In this document: one piece after another, positions 28,339-38,771 of the stretch
How positions within the stretch are numbered: the stretch's first letter is position 1
Layout: each line of letters opens with the position of its first letter
From: Myxococcota bacterium
GTDB lineage: Bacteria > Myxococcota_A > UBA9160 > UBA6930
Length of the DNA: 64,000 bases
Direction: 5' to 3'
NCBI GenBank assembly: GCA_965223705.1
Contig: OZ245015.1
Coordinates: 1,280,001 to 1,344,000 of the forward strand
Notes under the pieces: model-generated
The model's input: only the letters and a program-made list of their open reading frames with translations
Databases searched by the model: none
What the model was told of the DNA's origin: nothing
Translations under genes and position numbers: made by a program

Positions 28339-29243
28339 GCCCAGTGCGCCTTGGCGAACTCGCCGACGCGGTCGATGGCCTGTTGCCCTTCCGGCAGCAT
28401 GGGCGCGAAGCAGTGCCATACGTGCACCATCTCGTCCCACACTTCGAGGGTGACGTCGACACCGGCGGCTTTCGCGCGCTCGGCAAACCGCCTCGAGTCG
28501 TCGAGCAGCAGCTCGTAGTCGCCGACGTGGATCAGCAGCGGCGGAAAGCCCGTCGGATCCGCGTAGAGCGGCGAGGCCAACGGGTTCTTCGCGTCGGCAT
28601 CGCCGAGGTAGAGCTTCGCCATTCCGAGCAGGCCGCCGATTTCGACCATGGGGTCGACTTCCTTGCGGCTCTCGACGGAATCGCCGGTGCCTTCAAGATC
28701 GGTCCACGGTGAAATGGGAACCGCGGCGGCGGGCAGCGGGTCGCCCGCGTCGCGCAACGCGGCGAGGGCGGCGAGGGTGAGGCCACCGCCGGCGGAATCG
28801 CCGGCGATGACGATCTGTTCGGGTTTCGCACCGCCTTCGAGAAGCGCGCGATACGCCGCGATGGCGTCGTCGAGCGCGGCCGGGAACGGCGCTTCGGGTG
28901 CGAGCCGGTAGTCGAGGAGCACCACGCGACCGCCGCTCGACCGCGAGATGCGATCCGCCAAGCCGCGGTGCGTGTCGGGCGAACCGATGACGTAACCCCC
29001 ACCGTGGAAGTACAGGACGGTGCGATCGCTCGCTGCGCCAGAGGCGGTGATGATCTCGGCGGGGACGCCGCCCACGGTGACCGACTCGACCTTGGTGTCG
29101 GGCGCCGGCGTAAAGCGCCGCGTCATCTGGACCATGTTGTCGCGCATCTTGTCGACGCTGTCCTTCATCACCTCGTAGCTCGATTCGCCCGGGTGATTGC
29201 GCCAGAGGATCTCGATCAGCTTCTGGTTTTCGGGGCTTGCCAT
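28335..29243 (-). CDS. HSL-family esterase/lipase
   Basis: HGGGY, DYRLAPE, GDSAGG, ISPWTD, HVW. Confidence 0.92.
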   Translation of the reverse strand: MASPENQKLIEILWRNHPGESSYEVMKDSVDKMRDNMVQMTRRFTPAPDTKVESVTVGGVPAEIITASGAASDRTVLYFHGGGYVIGSPDTHRGLADRISRSSGGRVVLLDYRLAPEAPFPAALDDAIAAYRALLEGGAKPEQIVIAGDSAGGGLTLAALAALRDAGDPLPAAAVPISPWTDLEGTGDSVESRKEVDPMVEIGGLLGMAKLYLGDADAKNPLASPLYADPTGFPPLLIHVGDYELLLDDSRRFAERAKAAGVDVTLEVWDEMVHVWHCFAPMLPEGQQAIDRVGEFAKAHWA

Positions 29244-29261
29244 GGTGTGTACCTCCTGGTC

Positions 29262-29579
29262 CTAGAGTTTTACGGCCGTTCCGCTGATCGTGACCATCAG
29301 CATCGTTCCGCCCTGGCCGACGGTTTCGTAGTCGAGGTCGATACCGACGACGGCGTCGGCGCCGAGCTCTCGCGCGTCACTCTCGAGATCTTCGAACGCG
29401 ACCTTGCGCGCTTTCCGGAGCTCTTTCTCGTAAGCCGCCGAGCGCCCGCCGACGATGTCGCGGATGCCGGCGAACATGTCGCGGAAGACGTTGGCGCCCA
29501 TGATGGCTTCGCCCGTGACGAGACCCAGATACTCTCGGATCGGTCGGCCCTCGATGGTGGGCGTCGTCGTCGCGATCAT
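29262..29579 (-). CDS. UPF0145/YbjQ family protein
   Basis: [30 protein letters not shown]. Confidence 0.92.
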   Translation of the reverse strand: MIATTTPTIEGRPIREYLGLVTGEAIMGANVFRDMFAGIRDIVGGRSAAYEKELRKARKVAFEDLESDARELGADAVVGIDLDYETVGQGGTMLMVTISGTAVKL

Positions 29580-30415
29580 CCCGCGACCGCCTTGCGAATC
29601 TCACCGTCGACTTGAGCCACGACTTCCGCGTAGTGCGCGGGGCTGTCGTAGCCCTGGGTGTGGACGAGCTGGGTCGCGCCCGCGTCGCGGTAAGCGCACG
29701 CGAGATCAGCCGCGGCGGCACCGTCTTCGAGGGGGAGCGTCTTCATGGCGATCACTTCGAGGCCCTCGCGACCGGCATCACTCGCCTGTCGATGCAGGTC
29801 GGCGACAAGCGGCGCCAGCTCGTCGGGCGCGATGCCCACCGGCATCCAACCGTCACCGTGTTCGATGGCGCGCCGGATCGCAACGCCGGGGCCGCCCCCG
29901 ATATAGATCGGCGGTCGCGGAAGCACGGGGTTCAACAAGAGGGGCTGCCCGTTGGCCTCGACGAGGCCGTTCTTCGACGACTCGTTGAGGAAGGCGAGCG
30001 TCTCGTCCGTGATCTTGCCGCGTTGACTTCGCGGCACGCCGAGCGCCCGGAACTCTTCTTCCAGGTACCCCGGACCGACACCCAACAGAAACCGATTGCC
30101 CGACAGCACCTGGATCGTCGTCAGCAGCTTGTTCGTCAGCAACATCGGACGATAGGGAACCACCAACACCGCGGTGCCAAACGCGATCCGCTCGGTCACG
30201 GCCGCGAGATACGTGCCGAAGGCCAAGGGATCGAGCACGGCACCCATATCTTCGGGAATGCCGTACTCGTTGTTCTCGATCTTCGGGGGAAAGCCGATAT
30301 GGTCGTTGAACCAGATCGCGTCGAGCCCCGAGCGATCGGCCGCTTCGGCGCAGCCACGCAGAAAATCGGGCGTCGCCGTCGGCCCCCAGTTGCGAATGTT
30401 CATCCCGAGCTTCAT
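29576..30415 (-). CDS. LLM-class (luciferase-like) oxidoreductase
   Basis: AIWFNDH, LDP, GTAVLV.PYR, LGVGPG, PPIYIGG; ATG 30415. Confidence 0.88.
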   Translation of the reverse strand: MKLGMNIRNWGPTATPDFLRGCAEAADRSGLDAIWFNDHIGFPPKIENNEYGIPEDMGAVLDPLAFGTYLAAVTERIAFGTAVLVVPYRPMLLTNKLLTTIQVLSGNRFLLGVGPGYLEEEFRALGVPRSQRGKITDETLAFLNESSKNGLVEANGQPLLLNPVLPRPPIYIGGGPGVAIRRAIEHGDGWMPVGIAPDELAPLVADLHRQASDAGREGLEVIAMKTLPLEDGAAAADLACAYRDAGATQLVHTQGYDSPAHYAEVVAQVDGEIRKAVAG

Positions 30416-30438
30416 GGGCGAGCTCCTAACGGTTGGTG

Positions 30439-31395
30439 TCAGAGGGCGTCGCGCCCGTGCGGCGCGTCTAGGTTGAGCCTTGGACCGACCGGCACGATAC
30501 GCGTCGGATTGATGGTGTCGTGGCTCTCGAAATAATGTCGCTTGATGTGATCGAAATGAACGGTCTCGGCGATTCCCGGGACCTGATAGAGCTCTCGCAA
30601 GTAACCCGAGAGATGCGGGAAGTCGGCGACGCGCTGCCGGTTGCACTTGAAGTGCGTGACGTACACGGCGTCGAAGCGCACGAGCGTCGGGAAGAGGCGC
30701 CAATCCGCTTCGGTGATCGTGTTGCCGACGAGGTAGCGCTGTTTCCCGAGTCGTGCTTCGAGCTCATCGAGGGTTCCGAAGAGGTCGCGGAACGCTTCCT
30801 CGTACGCTTCTTGAGTCGTTGCGAACCCGCAGCGGTAGACGCCGTTGTTCACGGTTTCGTAGATGCGCTCGTTGATCGCATCGATCTCCGGCCGTAGCGC
30901 TTCGGGATAGAAATCGATCGATGCATCGCCCAGCGCGTCGAACTCGCGGTTCAACATCCGGATGATCTCGGACGATTCGTTGTTCACCGCCGTGTCGGTC
31001 TTGCGATCCCAGAGGAGCGGTACCGTGACGCGCCCGGTGTAGTCGGGCTGCGCGCGGGTATAGAGCTCGTGCAGGGCGCGGCTACCGTGAAGGTCGTCGC
31101 GGGTTCCGTCGGGGTCGTCGCCGAAGAACCACCCTTCGTCACCCATGAACGGATCGACGATCGAAAGCGAGATCACGGACTCGAGCTTCTTCAGCCTTCG
31201 GAAGATCACCGTGCGGTGCGCCCACGGGCACGCGTTCGCAATGTAGAGGTGGTAGCGGTCGGGGTCGGGGGTGTAGGGCGTGCTGCCGTCGGCGCGGATC
31301 CAGTTGCGGAAGCTACTCGCCTTGCGGACAAAGTGGCCGTCGGTTGCGCGTTTGCCGTCGTCGGTCTGCCATTCGCCTGCGATGAGTTGACCCAT
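30439..31395 (-). CDS. yqjG: Glutathionyl-hydroquinone reductase (GST Xi class)
   Basis: ACPWAHR, GRVTVPLLWD, NNESSEI, NNGVY, LVRFDAVY. Confidence 0.9.
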   Translation of the reverse strand: MGQLIAGEWQTDDGKRATDGHFVRKASSFRNWIRADGSTPYTPDPDRYHLYIANACPWAHRTVIFRRLKKLESVISLSIVDPFMGDEGWFFGDDPDGTRDDLHGSRALHELYTRAQPDYTGRVTVPLLWDRKTDTAVNNESSEIIRMLNREFDALGDASIDFYPEALRPEIDAINERIYETVNNGVYRCGFATTQEAYEEAFRDLFGTLDELEARLGKQRYLVGNTITEADWRLFPTLVRFDAVYVTHFKCNRQRVADFPHLSGYLRELYQVPGIAETVHFDHIKRHYFESHDTINPTRIVPVGPRLNLDAPHGRDAL

Positions 31396-31404
31396 AGGGC
31401 GAGT

Positions 31405-32337
31405 CTATACCGGCTCTGCCCTTACGGCCGCTTCGCTGCGTACCCAGGGCGGCGGCGAGAAACGCTCGACGACCAGATCGAGGAAGGTCTTCACCTTCGC
31501 GGAGAGATGGCGACGGGTCGGGTAGACGGCGTACATGCCGACTTCGGGCGGAGCGTACGGCGCCAGAACACGCTCGAGCTCGCCCCGAGCGATCGCTTCC
31601 GAAGCGACCCACGAGGGCATCCGCGCGATCCCGAGGCCGTTCGTGGTGAGCTCGAGAACGAGGCCGAAGTCGTTCGCCAACGTGGTCGGGCGGACGGGCA
31701 CCGAAATCTCGCCGTCCGGGCCGATCAAGCGCCACGTGCTGCCGCCGATCGGCCCCGAGTAGACGACGATCTTGTGGTTCGCGAGCTCCGCCGGCGTGGT
31801 CGGCGTGCCGCGCGCGGCGAGGTAGTTCGGGCTGGCACACAGAAGCTGCTGCGTCGGGCCGAGGCGACGCGCGATCAAGCTCGAATCGCGCAGCTCGCCC
31901 ACGCGGATGCCCAGGTCGAAGCCGTCGCCGACGAGATCCACCAGCCGGTCCGCCAGGTAGAGATCGATGTCCACCTCGGGGTAGCGCGAGGCGTATTCCG
32001 CGAGAACCGGCGCCATGTGGCGGCGACCGATCTCGACGGGCGTCGTCACGCGCAGCGTCCCGCGCGGCACTTCCACCGCCCGAGCGACGGCGAGGTTCGC
32101 TTCTTCCACGTCTGCGCGGATCGCCGCGCAGCGCTCCGCGTAGGCAGCGCCGACGTCCGTTAGGGAGAGCTTCCGCGTGGTGCGCTGCAGCAAGCGGACG
32201 CCGAGCTCCTCTTCGAGCTGGGTGACGCGCCGGCTGACGGTGGATTTCGGGGTGCCCAGTGCGGCGGCGGCGCGGGTGAAGCTCCGCTCCTCCGCGACGC
32301 GGGCGAAGATCATCATGTCATCGAGATCAACAGCCAT
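31405..32337 (-). CDS. LysR family regulator
   Basis: SFTRAA..LG..KSTVSRR, RTTRKLSLT, GTLRVT. Confidence 0.93.
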   Translation of the reverse strand: MAVDLDDMMIFARVAEERSFTRAAAALGTPKSTVSRRVTQLEEELGVRLLQRTTRKLSLTDVGAAYAERCAAIRADVEEANLAVARAVEVPRGTLRVTTPVEIGRRHMAPVLAEYASRYPEVDIDLYLADRLVDLVGDGFDLGIRVGELRDSSLIARRLGPTQQLLCASPNYLAARGTPTTPAELANHKIVVYSGPIGGSTWRLIGPDGEISVPVRPTTLANDFGLVLELTTNGLGIARMPSWVASEAIARGELERVLAPYAPPEVGMYAVYPTRRHLSAKVKTFLDLVVERFSPPPWVRSEAAVRAEPV

Positions 32338-32470
32338 CCGATCTATTTAGCTCGAAAAATGGAACAATAAAAACCGAATTCAGCCTCTAGTCCCGCCTGG
32401 TGGACGAACTAAGCTCTTCCTTACACCCAGGGAAGCTTTCCCCCCAGGGGATTTCTTTCGGAGGTTCAAC

Positions 32471-33322
32471 ATGGCCGAAGCGACGTTCGCAGTGCATGAA
32501 CCCGGCGCCGTACACGGGCTCGTCAACTTTCTCCAGCCGACCGACGCGAAGCCGGCGTACTTCATGGACCAACCACCGGACAGCCCGAAACACCGCCGCC
32601 CGCTGGCGGAGCAAGAAATCCTGATCGAAAGCGGCCGGCCGCTCGAGCGCTCACTTTCCCTCGATCGAGAGGGCTTCACCCTGGTCTCCCACGCGAGCGC
32701 GGTGCGCGACTTCGACGATGCGGAGGCGGTGCGCGAGCACTACTACCCCGAGGTCGAAGAGCTGGTGCGGAAGGTGACCGGCGCGACCCGGGTGCACGTC
32801 TTCGATCACAACGTGCGCTCGCTCCCCAAATCGCGGGAAGACGGGCAGGTGCGCACGCCGGTGCGGTACGCGCACAACGACTACACGCTGAAGTCCGGTC
32901 CCCAACGCGTTCGCGACCTACTCGGCGACGAGGCGGATCGCTTGCTCGGCTACCGCTTCGCGGTGGTCAACGTGTGGCGACCCATCCGCGGACCGGTGCG
33001 CGACGCGCCCATGGCGGTTTGCGACGCCCAGACCATGCAGCTCGACGATTTCGTGGCGACCGATCTGGTCTACCCCGACCGCACCGGCGAGATCTATTCC
33101 GTGCAACATCGCCCCGGGCATCGGTGGCTCTACTTCCCGGACATGCAGACGGACGAAGCGTTGCTTCTCAAGTGCTACGACTCGGCCGAGGACGGTCGCG
33201 CGCGCTTCACGGCCCACACCGCGTTCGACGATCCGACCACGCCGCCGGACGCACCGCCGCGGGAGAGCATTGAAGCGCGGACCCTGGTTTTCTTTGCACC
33301 ATCGGAAGGACAGCCGTCGTGA
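32471..33322 (+). CDS. CmcJ/NvfI family oxidoreductase
   Basis: FDHNVR, AHNDYT, NVWRPI, LLKCYDS, HTAF, RESIEAR; divergent from LysR. Confidence 0.8.
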   Translation: MAEATFAVHEPGAVHGLVNFLQPTDAKPAYFMDQPPDSPKHRRPLAEQEILIESGRPLERSLSLDREGFTLVSHASAVRDFDDAEAVREHYYPEVEELVRKVTGATRVHVFDHNVRSLPKSREDGQVRTPVRYAHNDYTLKSGPQRVRDLLGDEADRLLGYRFAVVNVWRPIRGPVRDAPMAVCDAQTMQLDDFVATDLVYPDRTGEIYSVQHRPGHRWLYFPDMQTDEALLLKCYDSAEDGRARFTAHTAFDDPTTPPDAPPRESIEARTLVFFAPSEGQPS

Positions 33323-33999
33323 GCGATCCGAAATGGCCTATCGAACACCCGGAGCGGATTCAGCTCTATTCGCTGCCGACGCCGAACGGACAAAAAGCGA
33401 GCGTCGCGCTCGAAGAGGTCGGCGTTCCGTATGAAGCGCACTTCGTGAACATCATGGAAGGGGATCAGTTCACCGACGAATTCATCGCGGTGAACCCGAA
33501 CTCGAAGATCCCCGCGCTCGTCGATCCGGACGGCCCGGGCGGTAAACCGCATCGCGTTTTCGAATCCGGGGCGATCCTGCTCTACATCGCGGAGAAGAGC
33601 GGGAAGCTCTTGCCCAGTGACCCCGCCTTGCGCAGTGAGACCCTGCAGTGGCTCTTCTTTCAAATGGGCGGCGTCGGTCCGATGTTCGGACAGTTCGGTC
33701 ACTTCTATAAATTCGCGAGCGAGAAGATTCCCTACGGCATCGACCGCTACGCCAACGAAGTACGCCGGCTCTTGGGCGTGTTGAATACACGCCTCGAAGG
33801 TCGAGCCTTTCTCGTCGGGGACGAGTACAGCGTGGCGGATATCGCGACCTTTCCGTGGGTGCTCTGCCTCGATCGTTTCTACGGCGCACGCGACGAGCTG
33901 AAGCTCGACGCCGATTTCGGGCGTGTCGTCTCGTGGATGGATCGCTGTGCCGAGCGGCCCGCCACCGCACGCGGTTTGGAAATTCCCAAGGCACCGTAA
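33319..33999 (+). CDS. Glutathione S-transferase (YfcG-like)
   Basis: TPNGQK, NPNSKIPA, FESGAIL, GPMFGQ, ADIA. Confidence 0.9.
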   Translation: MSDPKWPIEHPERIQLYSLPTPNGQKASVALEEVGVPYEAHFVNIMEGDQFTDEFIAVNPNSKIPALVDPDGPGGKPHRVFESGAILLYIAEKSGKLLPSDPALRSETLQWLFFQMGGVGPMFGQFGHFYKFASEKIPYGIDRYANEVRRLLGVLNTRLEGRAFLVGDEYSVADIATFPWVLCLDRFYGARDELKLDADFGRVVSWMDRCAERPATARGLEIPKAP

Positions 34000-34025
34000 A
34001 CTGCCGGGTCGGAGGTGGGCCTCGC

Positions 34026-34553
34026 GTGACCCTGCAAGATCTCGGCGCCTTGGGCGAACTCGTCGGCGGCGTTGCCGTCGTGATCACACTCGTCTATTTG
34101 GCACTCCAGGTGCGACAGAACACCGCGATGATAACGGCGCAGGCGGTGCAGGCGTCCATCGACGCGACCCAGCGCGTGCTGCTCTTTCGCGCCGACAACC
34201 CCGACATGCGACGCGTGCTGCGAAAGGCGCGAACCGGCGGGGACCTCACCGCCGATGAGACCGAAGCGCTCGCGAGCTACCTCCAGGCGGTCTTCATGAA
34301 CTTCCAGGGGCGGCTGCAACACAACGTGCGCGGCGTCTTCGATGCGTCCGTCAACGAGTCCTACGAACTCATTCTGGTCGACTATCTCCGCCAATCCTAC
34401 GTCCGTCGGTGGTGGGAGTTCTCGCAAGCCCTCTACGGAACGTCGTTCCGTCGCCACTGCAACGACGTGCTCCGCGCGATCGACGAAGGAACGGCTCCGG
34501 AGGCCCTCGACTGGCCGGGGTTCGCCGGCATCGACGGGAACCAGACGAGCTAG
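34026..34553 (+). CDS. Hypothetical membrane-anchored protein
   Basis: GTG 34026; LGALGELVGGVAVVITLVYLALQVRQNT N-terminus. Confidence 0.7.
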   Translation: MTLQDLGALGELVGGVAVVITLVYLALQVRQNTAMITAQAVQASIDATQRVLLFRADNPDMRRVLRKARTGGDLTADETEALASYLQAVFMNFQGRLQHNVRGVFDASVNESYELILVDYLRQSYVRRWWEFSQALYGTSFRRHCNDVLRAIDEGTAPEALDWPGFAGIDGNQTS

Positions 34554-34562
34554 CTTCTCCGG

Positions 34563-35612
34563 ATGGCCGTAGAAGTTATCGACGATCGAAACGTCCGTTC
34601 GATTGCGCCCCTCGCGAGCCCCGCCGAGCTGCGCCGGCAGCTCACCCTGCCGGAAGCTTCGGCCACCCTCGTCGCGTCCACGCGCGGTGCGATTCGCGGG
34701 ATGTTGTCCGGCGCGGCCGACGACCGCTTGTTGGTCCTCGTCGGGCCGTGCTCGATCCACGATCCGGAGAGTGCGCTCGAGTACGCGGGCCGGTTGACCG
34801 CTTTGGCCGAGGAAACGAGCGACGCTCTCCTGGTGGTGATGCGCACGTATTTCGAGAAGCCCCGGACCACGGTGGGCTGGAAAGGCCTGCTCAACGATCC
34901 GCACCTCGACGGCACCTGCGACGTGGCAACCGGCGTCGCCACGGCGCGCGAGCTGTTGCTGTCGATCCTCGCGATGGGGCTTCCCTGCGGCGGCGAACTG
35001 CTCGATCCGATCTCGCCGCAGTATCTCTCGGATCTTTACGCGTGGGCCGCGATCGGCGCGCGAACCACCGAGAGTCAGACCCACCGAGAAATCGTGAGCG
35101 GCGCCTCCATGCCCGTGGGCTTCAAGAATGGGACCGACGGCAACCTCGAAGTCGCGACTCACGCCATCGTGGCGGCGCGAACGCCGCACTCATTCCTCGG
35201 CGTCGACCTCGAGGGCCGAGCGTCGGTGGTCGAGACGTCGGGGAACCCCGATTGTCACGTCGTGCTCCGCGGCGGGCGTTCCGGGACGAACTACGGCTCC
35301 GAAGTCATCTTGCAGGCGGCGAACCTCGCGGGTCATCCCGGAAGAGCCGTGATGGTCGATTGCTCCCACGGAAACTCGGGAAAGGACTACCGCGAGCAGC
35401 CTCGCGTGGCCCGGAGCGTCGTTGGCGAAGTGGGCACGCGTCAGGCGCTGCTCGGCCTCATGCTCGAAAGCCATTTGGTGGAAGGGCGCCAAGACTGGAG
35501 CCCCGGTGAGAGCTTGCGGCCCGGCGTTTCCATCACCGACGCGTGCATCGGCTGGGATGAAACGCACGCACTCGTGCACGATCTCGCAGAATCGGTGCGT
35601 TCAGCGCGATAG
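34563..35612 (+). CDS. DAHP synthase class I-alpha (AroF/G/H-like)
   Basis: GPCSIHD, YFEKPRTTVGWKG, IGARTTESQTHRE, GFKNGTDG, DCSHGNS, SITDACIGW. Confidence 0.95.
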   Translation: MAVEVIDDRNVRSIAPLASPAELRRQLTLPEASATLVASTRGAIRGMLSGAADDRLLVLVGPCSIHDPESALEYAGRLTALAEETSDALLVVMRTYFEKPRTTVGWKGLLNDPHLDGTCDVATGVATARELLLSILAMGLPCGGELLDPISPQYLSDLYAWAAIGARTTESQTHREIVSGASMPVGFKNGTDGNLEVATHAIVAARTPHSFLGVDLEGRASVVETSGNPDCHVVLRGGRSGTNYGSEVILQAANLAGHPGRAVMVDCSHGNSGKDYREQPRVARSVVGEVGTRQALLGLMLESHLVEGRQDWSPGESLRPGVSITDACIGWDETHALVHDLAESVRSAR

Positions 35613-36515
35613 GTCTCGGAACGCGAGCCGCACGATCGTTTCCGCGGTGATGCTCGCGCCGCCCCAGTCGGCCTCGAGATCGGCGAGCGGTTCCTCGGCG
35701 ACGATCTCCGCTTCGGATTTCCCCGCCGCAATCCGCGCTCCGACGCGATCACGAACGGTCGCGAGCATGTCCCGGTAAGCGCGCAATTCCGCCGCGTTCG
35801 AAAGCTTCCCGTGACCGGGAATCACCGGCGTATCGGCTTTGATTCCGTCGAGCACCGAGTCGACGGCCGCGATCACGCCCTCGAACGTTCCGTCCGCGTC
35901 GACATCGATGAACGGGTAGCGTCCGTTGAAATAGATATCGCCCATATGGACGGCGCGGACGTTCCCATCGGCGTCGTCGAACCAAACGATCGCGTCGCCG
36001 TCGGTATGGGCGTTGGGCGCGTGTTGGACGCGCACTCTCATGCCGCCCACGTGAAAAGCGACGGACTCCCGGAACGTGATCACGGGGCGCGCGATCTCGG
36101 GCGCCGGCGGCACTTTACGATCGAAGAGTCGCATGAACTGCTCGGCGCTCATGCGTTCTCGAACGTTGTCGTGAGCGACGATCACCGCGCCCGCGGATCC
36201 GAAGTTCTCGTTGCCTCCGGTGTGATCCCCGTGCCAATGCGTATTGAGAATCATCCGGATGGGTCGCGGGTCGATCGCGGCGGTGGCCGCGCGAATCTTG
36301 TCGGAGAGGGGGGCGTACTGATCGTCGACGAGAAGGACACCCCCAGGCCCGGATACGACGGCGATGTTGCCGCCGCGGCCGACCAGCATGTGGACGTGCT
36401 CGGCGACTGGGACGGTTTGGATCGTCACGTCGTCTTGCGCCTGCACCGCGGCCGGCAGGGCGAGCGCGAACAGCAAGACGAGACGACAAGCGGCGTAGCG
36501 CATCGAAAACCTCAT
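35601..36515 (-). CDS. Secreted MBL-fold metallo-hydrolase
   Basis: Signal peptide, NTHWHGDHTGGN, AHTDGD, HMGD, PGHG. Confidence 0.9.
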   Translation of the reverse strand: MRFSMRYAACRLVLLFALALPAAVQAQDDVTIQTVPVAEHVHMLVGRGGNIAVVSGPGGVLLVDDQYAPLSDKIRAATAAIDPRPIRMILNTHWHGDHTGGNENFGSAGAVIVAHDNVRERMSAEQFMRLFDRKVPPAPEIARPVITFRESVAFHVGGMRVRVQHAPNAHTDGDAIVWFDDADGNVRAVHMGDIYFNGRYPFIDVDADGTFEGVIAAVDSVLDGIKADTPVIPGHGKLSNAAELRAYRDMLATVRDRVGARIAAGKSEAEIVAEEPLADLEADWGGASITAETIVRLAFRDLSR

Positions 36516-37066
36516 GGTTGCTTCGGCTCGAGAGTACCGTGTTCTGCGAGGAGCTCCTGCAACTTCCGTTCGGTCTCCTCGTAGCCGCCCTCTCCGATGC
36601 GCACGTAGCGAATCTGCCCCTTGCGATCGATCAGGTACATCGTCGGCCAGTAGCGGTTTCCGTAGCGCTTCCACGTCGCGAACCGGTTGTCGATCGCAAC
36701 GGGGTAGGCGATCGACCGGCGACTGAGGTAACGCCGCACGTTCTCGAGCTTTTTCTCGTGATCGAACTCCGGGCAGTGGACGGCGACGACGCGCAGGCCT
36801 TCGCCCCGGTACCGCTCGTGCCACGCTTGGATGTAGGGTTCGACGTTCTGGCAGTTCCAGCACGCAAAGGTGAAGAACTCGAGGAGCACCACGTCGCCGC
36901 GTAGCTCGGCGATCGAAAGCGGAGCCGAGTTGAGCCAGTGCTCGGCGGAAATCTCCGGTGCCGGACGCGCGTCGGCGGGTTTCGCGATCGCGCGAAGCGG
37001 GCTTCCGGCGAGAGCAAAAGCGGCGAGGCGCAGGACCGAGCGTCGATCTAGAGTGTCCGTCGTCAT
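36512..37066 (-). CDS. Tat-exported redoxin (TlpA/DipZ-like)
   Basis: DRRSVL twin-Arg signal, CWNC, VHCPEF, YWPT, GEGGY. Confidence 0.88.
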   Translation of the reverse strand: MTTDTLDRRSVLRLAAFALAGSPLRAIAKPADARPAPEISAEHWLNSAPLSIAELRGDVVLLEFFTFACWNCQNVEPYIQAWHERYRGEGLRVVAVHCPEFDHEKKLENVRRYLSRRSIAYPVAIDNRFATWKRYGNRYWPTMYLIDRKGQIRYVRIGEGGYEETERKLQELLAEHGTLEPKQP

Positions 37067-37454
37067 GGAACTCGTCCTCTCTTTCATCGGGGTTCTCTTT
37101 CTAGGGATGGGTTTGCTGGCCTTGGCGGCACCCGCTGGGCTCGCTTCTCTCGTGGGGCTGACCGCCGGCGGCCGCGACGGGCGGAGCGAAATCCGCGGGG
37201 TCTACGGCGGCTTCGGCGTCGCGATGGCGCTCATGACCGCGGTAGCGTTGACCACACCGACACTGCGTACAGGCATCGCTTTCACGCTGGGTGCGGCCTT
37301 GCTCGGCATGGCGGCAGGCCGTTGTATTTCCCTTGCGGTCGACCGCGGGCTCGGGCCTTTTCTGTGGGGCGTCCTCGCGGGAGAGATCGTCGCCGGCGGT
37401 CTCTTGCTCGGGGTGGCCACGGGCCGCATCGCCAGCCTGGGGCTCCTGCCCTGA
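37065..37454 (+). CDS. DUF4345-like membrane protein
   Basis: Four TMs, SEIRGVYGGFG motif. Confidence 0.75.
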   Translation: MELVLSFIGVLFLGMGLLALAAPAGLASLVGLTAGGRDGRSEIRGVYGGFGVAMALMTAVALTTPTLRTGIAFTLGAALLGMAAGRCISLAVDRGLGPFLWGVLAGEIVAGGLLLGVATGRIASLGLLP

Positions 37455-37457
37455 CGC

Positions 37458-38120
37458 CTACTTCTTCGCGAGCCCGCCGGCTTCGGCTCCCCACAGTGCT
37501 GCGAGTCGCGCGTCGCGCCCACAACCCCGTCGGTAGTACCGGTAGCGGATCGGGTTCTTCTGGTAGTAGTCCTGGTGATAGTCCTCGGCCGGGTAGAAGG
37601 CGCCGATTCGTTCCACTTCGGTGACAATCGGCGCGTCGAAGCGTTTCTCCGCTTCGAGCGCTTTCAGCGAAGCTCGAGCGGCTTCGAGCTGTCCCTCATC
37701 GTGCGCGAAGATCGCCGTGCGGTACTGACGCCCGCCGTCGCAAAACTGTCGATCCGCGGTCAGTGGATCGACGTTCCGCCAGAAGATGTGCAGCAGCGTC
37801 TCATACGAGACGCGTTCGGGATCGAAGAGGACCTGCACGACCTCGGCGTGCCCGGTCTTCCCCGACGCCACTTCGCGGTAGGTCGGGTCGACTTCATCGC
37901 CGCCGGCGTAGCCGGAGATCGTTGCGACCACGCCCTCGGTCTTGTCGAAAGGGGGCTCCATGCACCAGAAACAGCCGCCGGCGAACGTGGCTTTCGCGAG
38001 CCCTTCTTTCGAGGCTTCCGTCTTCGTCGCAGGTGTTTCGGCGTTGGCGAGCGACAGCGCGATGGAGACGGCGCACGCGAGCACCGCTCCGATGCCCCAG
38101 CATGCAGTGTTTCGTTTCAT
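37458..38120 (-). CDS. msrA: Peptide methionine sulfoxide reductase A (exported)
   Basis: AGGCFWC, TGHAE, AEDYHQDYY; signal peptide. Confidence 0.95.
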   Translation of the reverse strand: MKRNTACWGIGAVLACAVSIALSLANAETPATKTEASKEGLAKATFAGGCFWCMEPPFDKTEGVVATISGYAGGDEVDPTYREVASGKTGHAEVVQVLFDPERVSYETLLHIFWRNVDPLTADRQFCDGGRQYRTAIFAHDEGQLEAARASLKALEAEKRFDAPIVTEVERIGAFYPAEDYHQDYYQKNPIRYRYYRRGCGRDARLAALWGAEAGGLAKK

Positions 38121-38635
38121 GGCGCTTTCCGTTCGATGCGCTCGGGCAGCGCTTCACCCTTCGGGATGAACGCCAACGCGAGCCCGTTGTTGCAGTACCG
38201 CTTTCCGGTGGGTCGCGGGCCGTCGTTGAAGACGTGACCTTGGTGCCCGCCGCAGTGCTTGCAGTGGTATTCCGTCCGAGGGAACACCAGCTTGTAGTCG
38301 GTTTTCGTTCCGAGGCGGCCGTCGATGGGCTGATAGAAGCTCGGCCAGCCCGTGCCGCTGTCGTACTTCGTCGCTGAGGTGAACAGTGGGGACCGACAGG
38401 CCGCGCAGACGAACGTCCCTTCGCGATCCTCTTTGTTCAGGTCACTCGAAAACGGGCGCTCGGTCGCTTCCTCGAACAACACGGCGTAGGCCTTCGGGCC
38501 GAGCCGCTTCTCCCACTCGGCCAGCGAAATGCCGAGGGGCGCGTCGTCCGCGGCGAGGCCGCGCCCCGGCCAGCCGGCGAAGAGCGAGAGGCTGGCAACG
38601 CCTGCACAGCCACCGAGAAAGTTTCGTCTCTTCAT
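38117..38635 (-). CDS. msrB: Peptide methionine sulfoxide reductase B (Tat signal)
   Basis: KRRNFL, TERPF, CAAC, SGTGWPSF, GHVFNDGP, RYCNN. Confidence 0.95.
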   Translation of the reverse strand: MKRRNFLGGCAGVASLSLFAGWPGRGLAADDAPLGISLAEWEKRLGPKAYAVLFEEATERPFSSDLNKEDREGTFVCAACRSPLFTSATKYDSGTGWPSFYQPIDGRLGTKTDYKLVFPRTEYHCKHCGGHQGHVFNDGPRPTGKRYCNNGLALAFIPKGEALPERIERKAP

Positions 38636-38771
38636 CGCTTTTCGAGTCTCCTGCTTCGGGTCGACTGTAGCGACTACGCGTGATGGGCCGATGAGTTACG
38701 CCCCGGGGGATCGCTCGCCTCGTGGGTTGCAGCGGGGGAACGGGCGTGGGAGGCTTCCCGCCGGAGGTCCT

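Noticed and set aside
27010..28440. Ancient 476-aa SnoaL-esterase fusion protein
   Set aside because: The fusion depends on a 25-bp duplication, and the linker is out-of-frame and intergenic sequence
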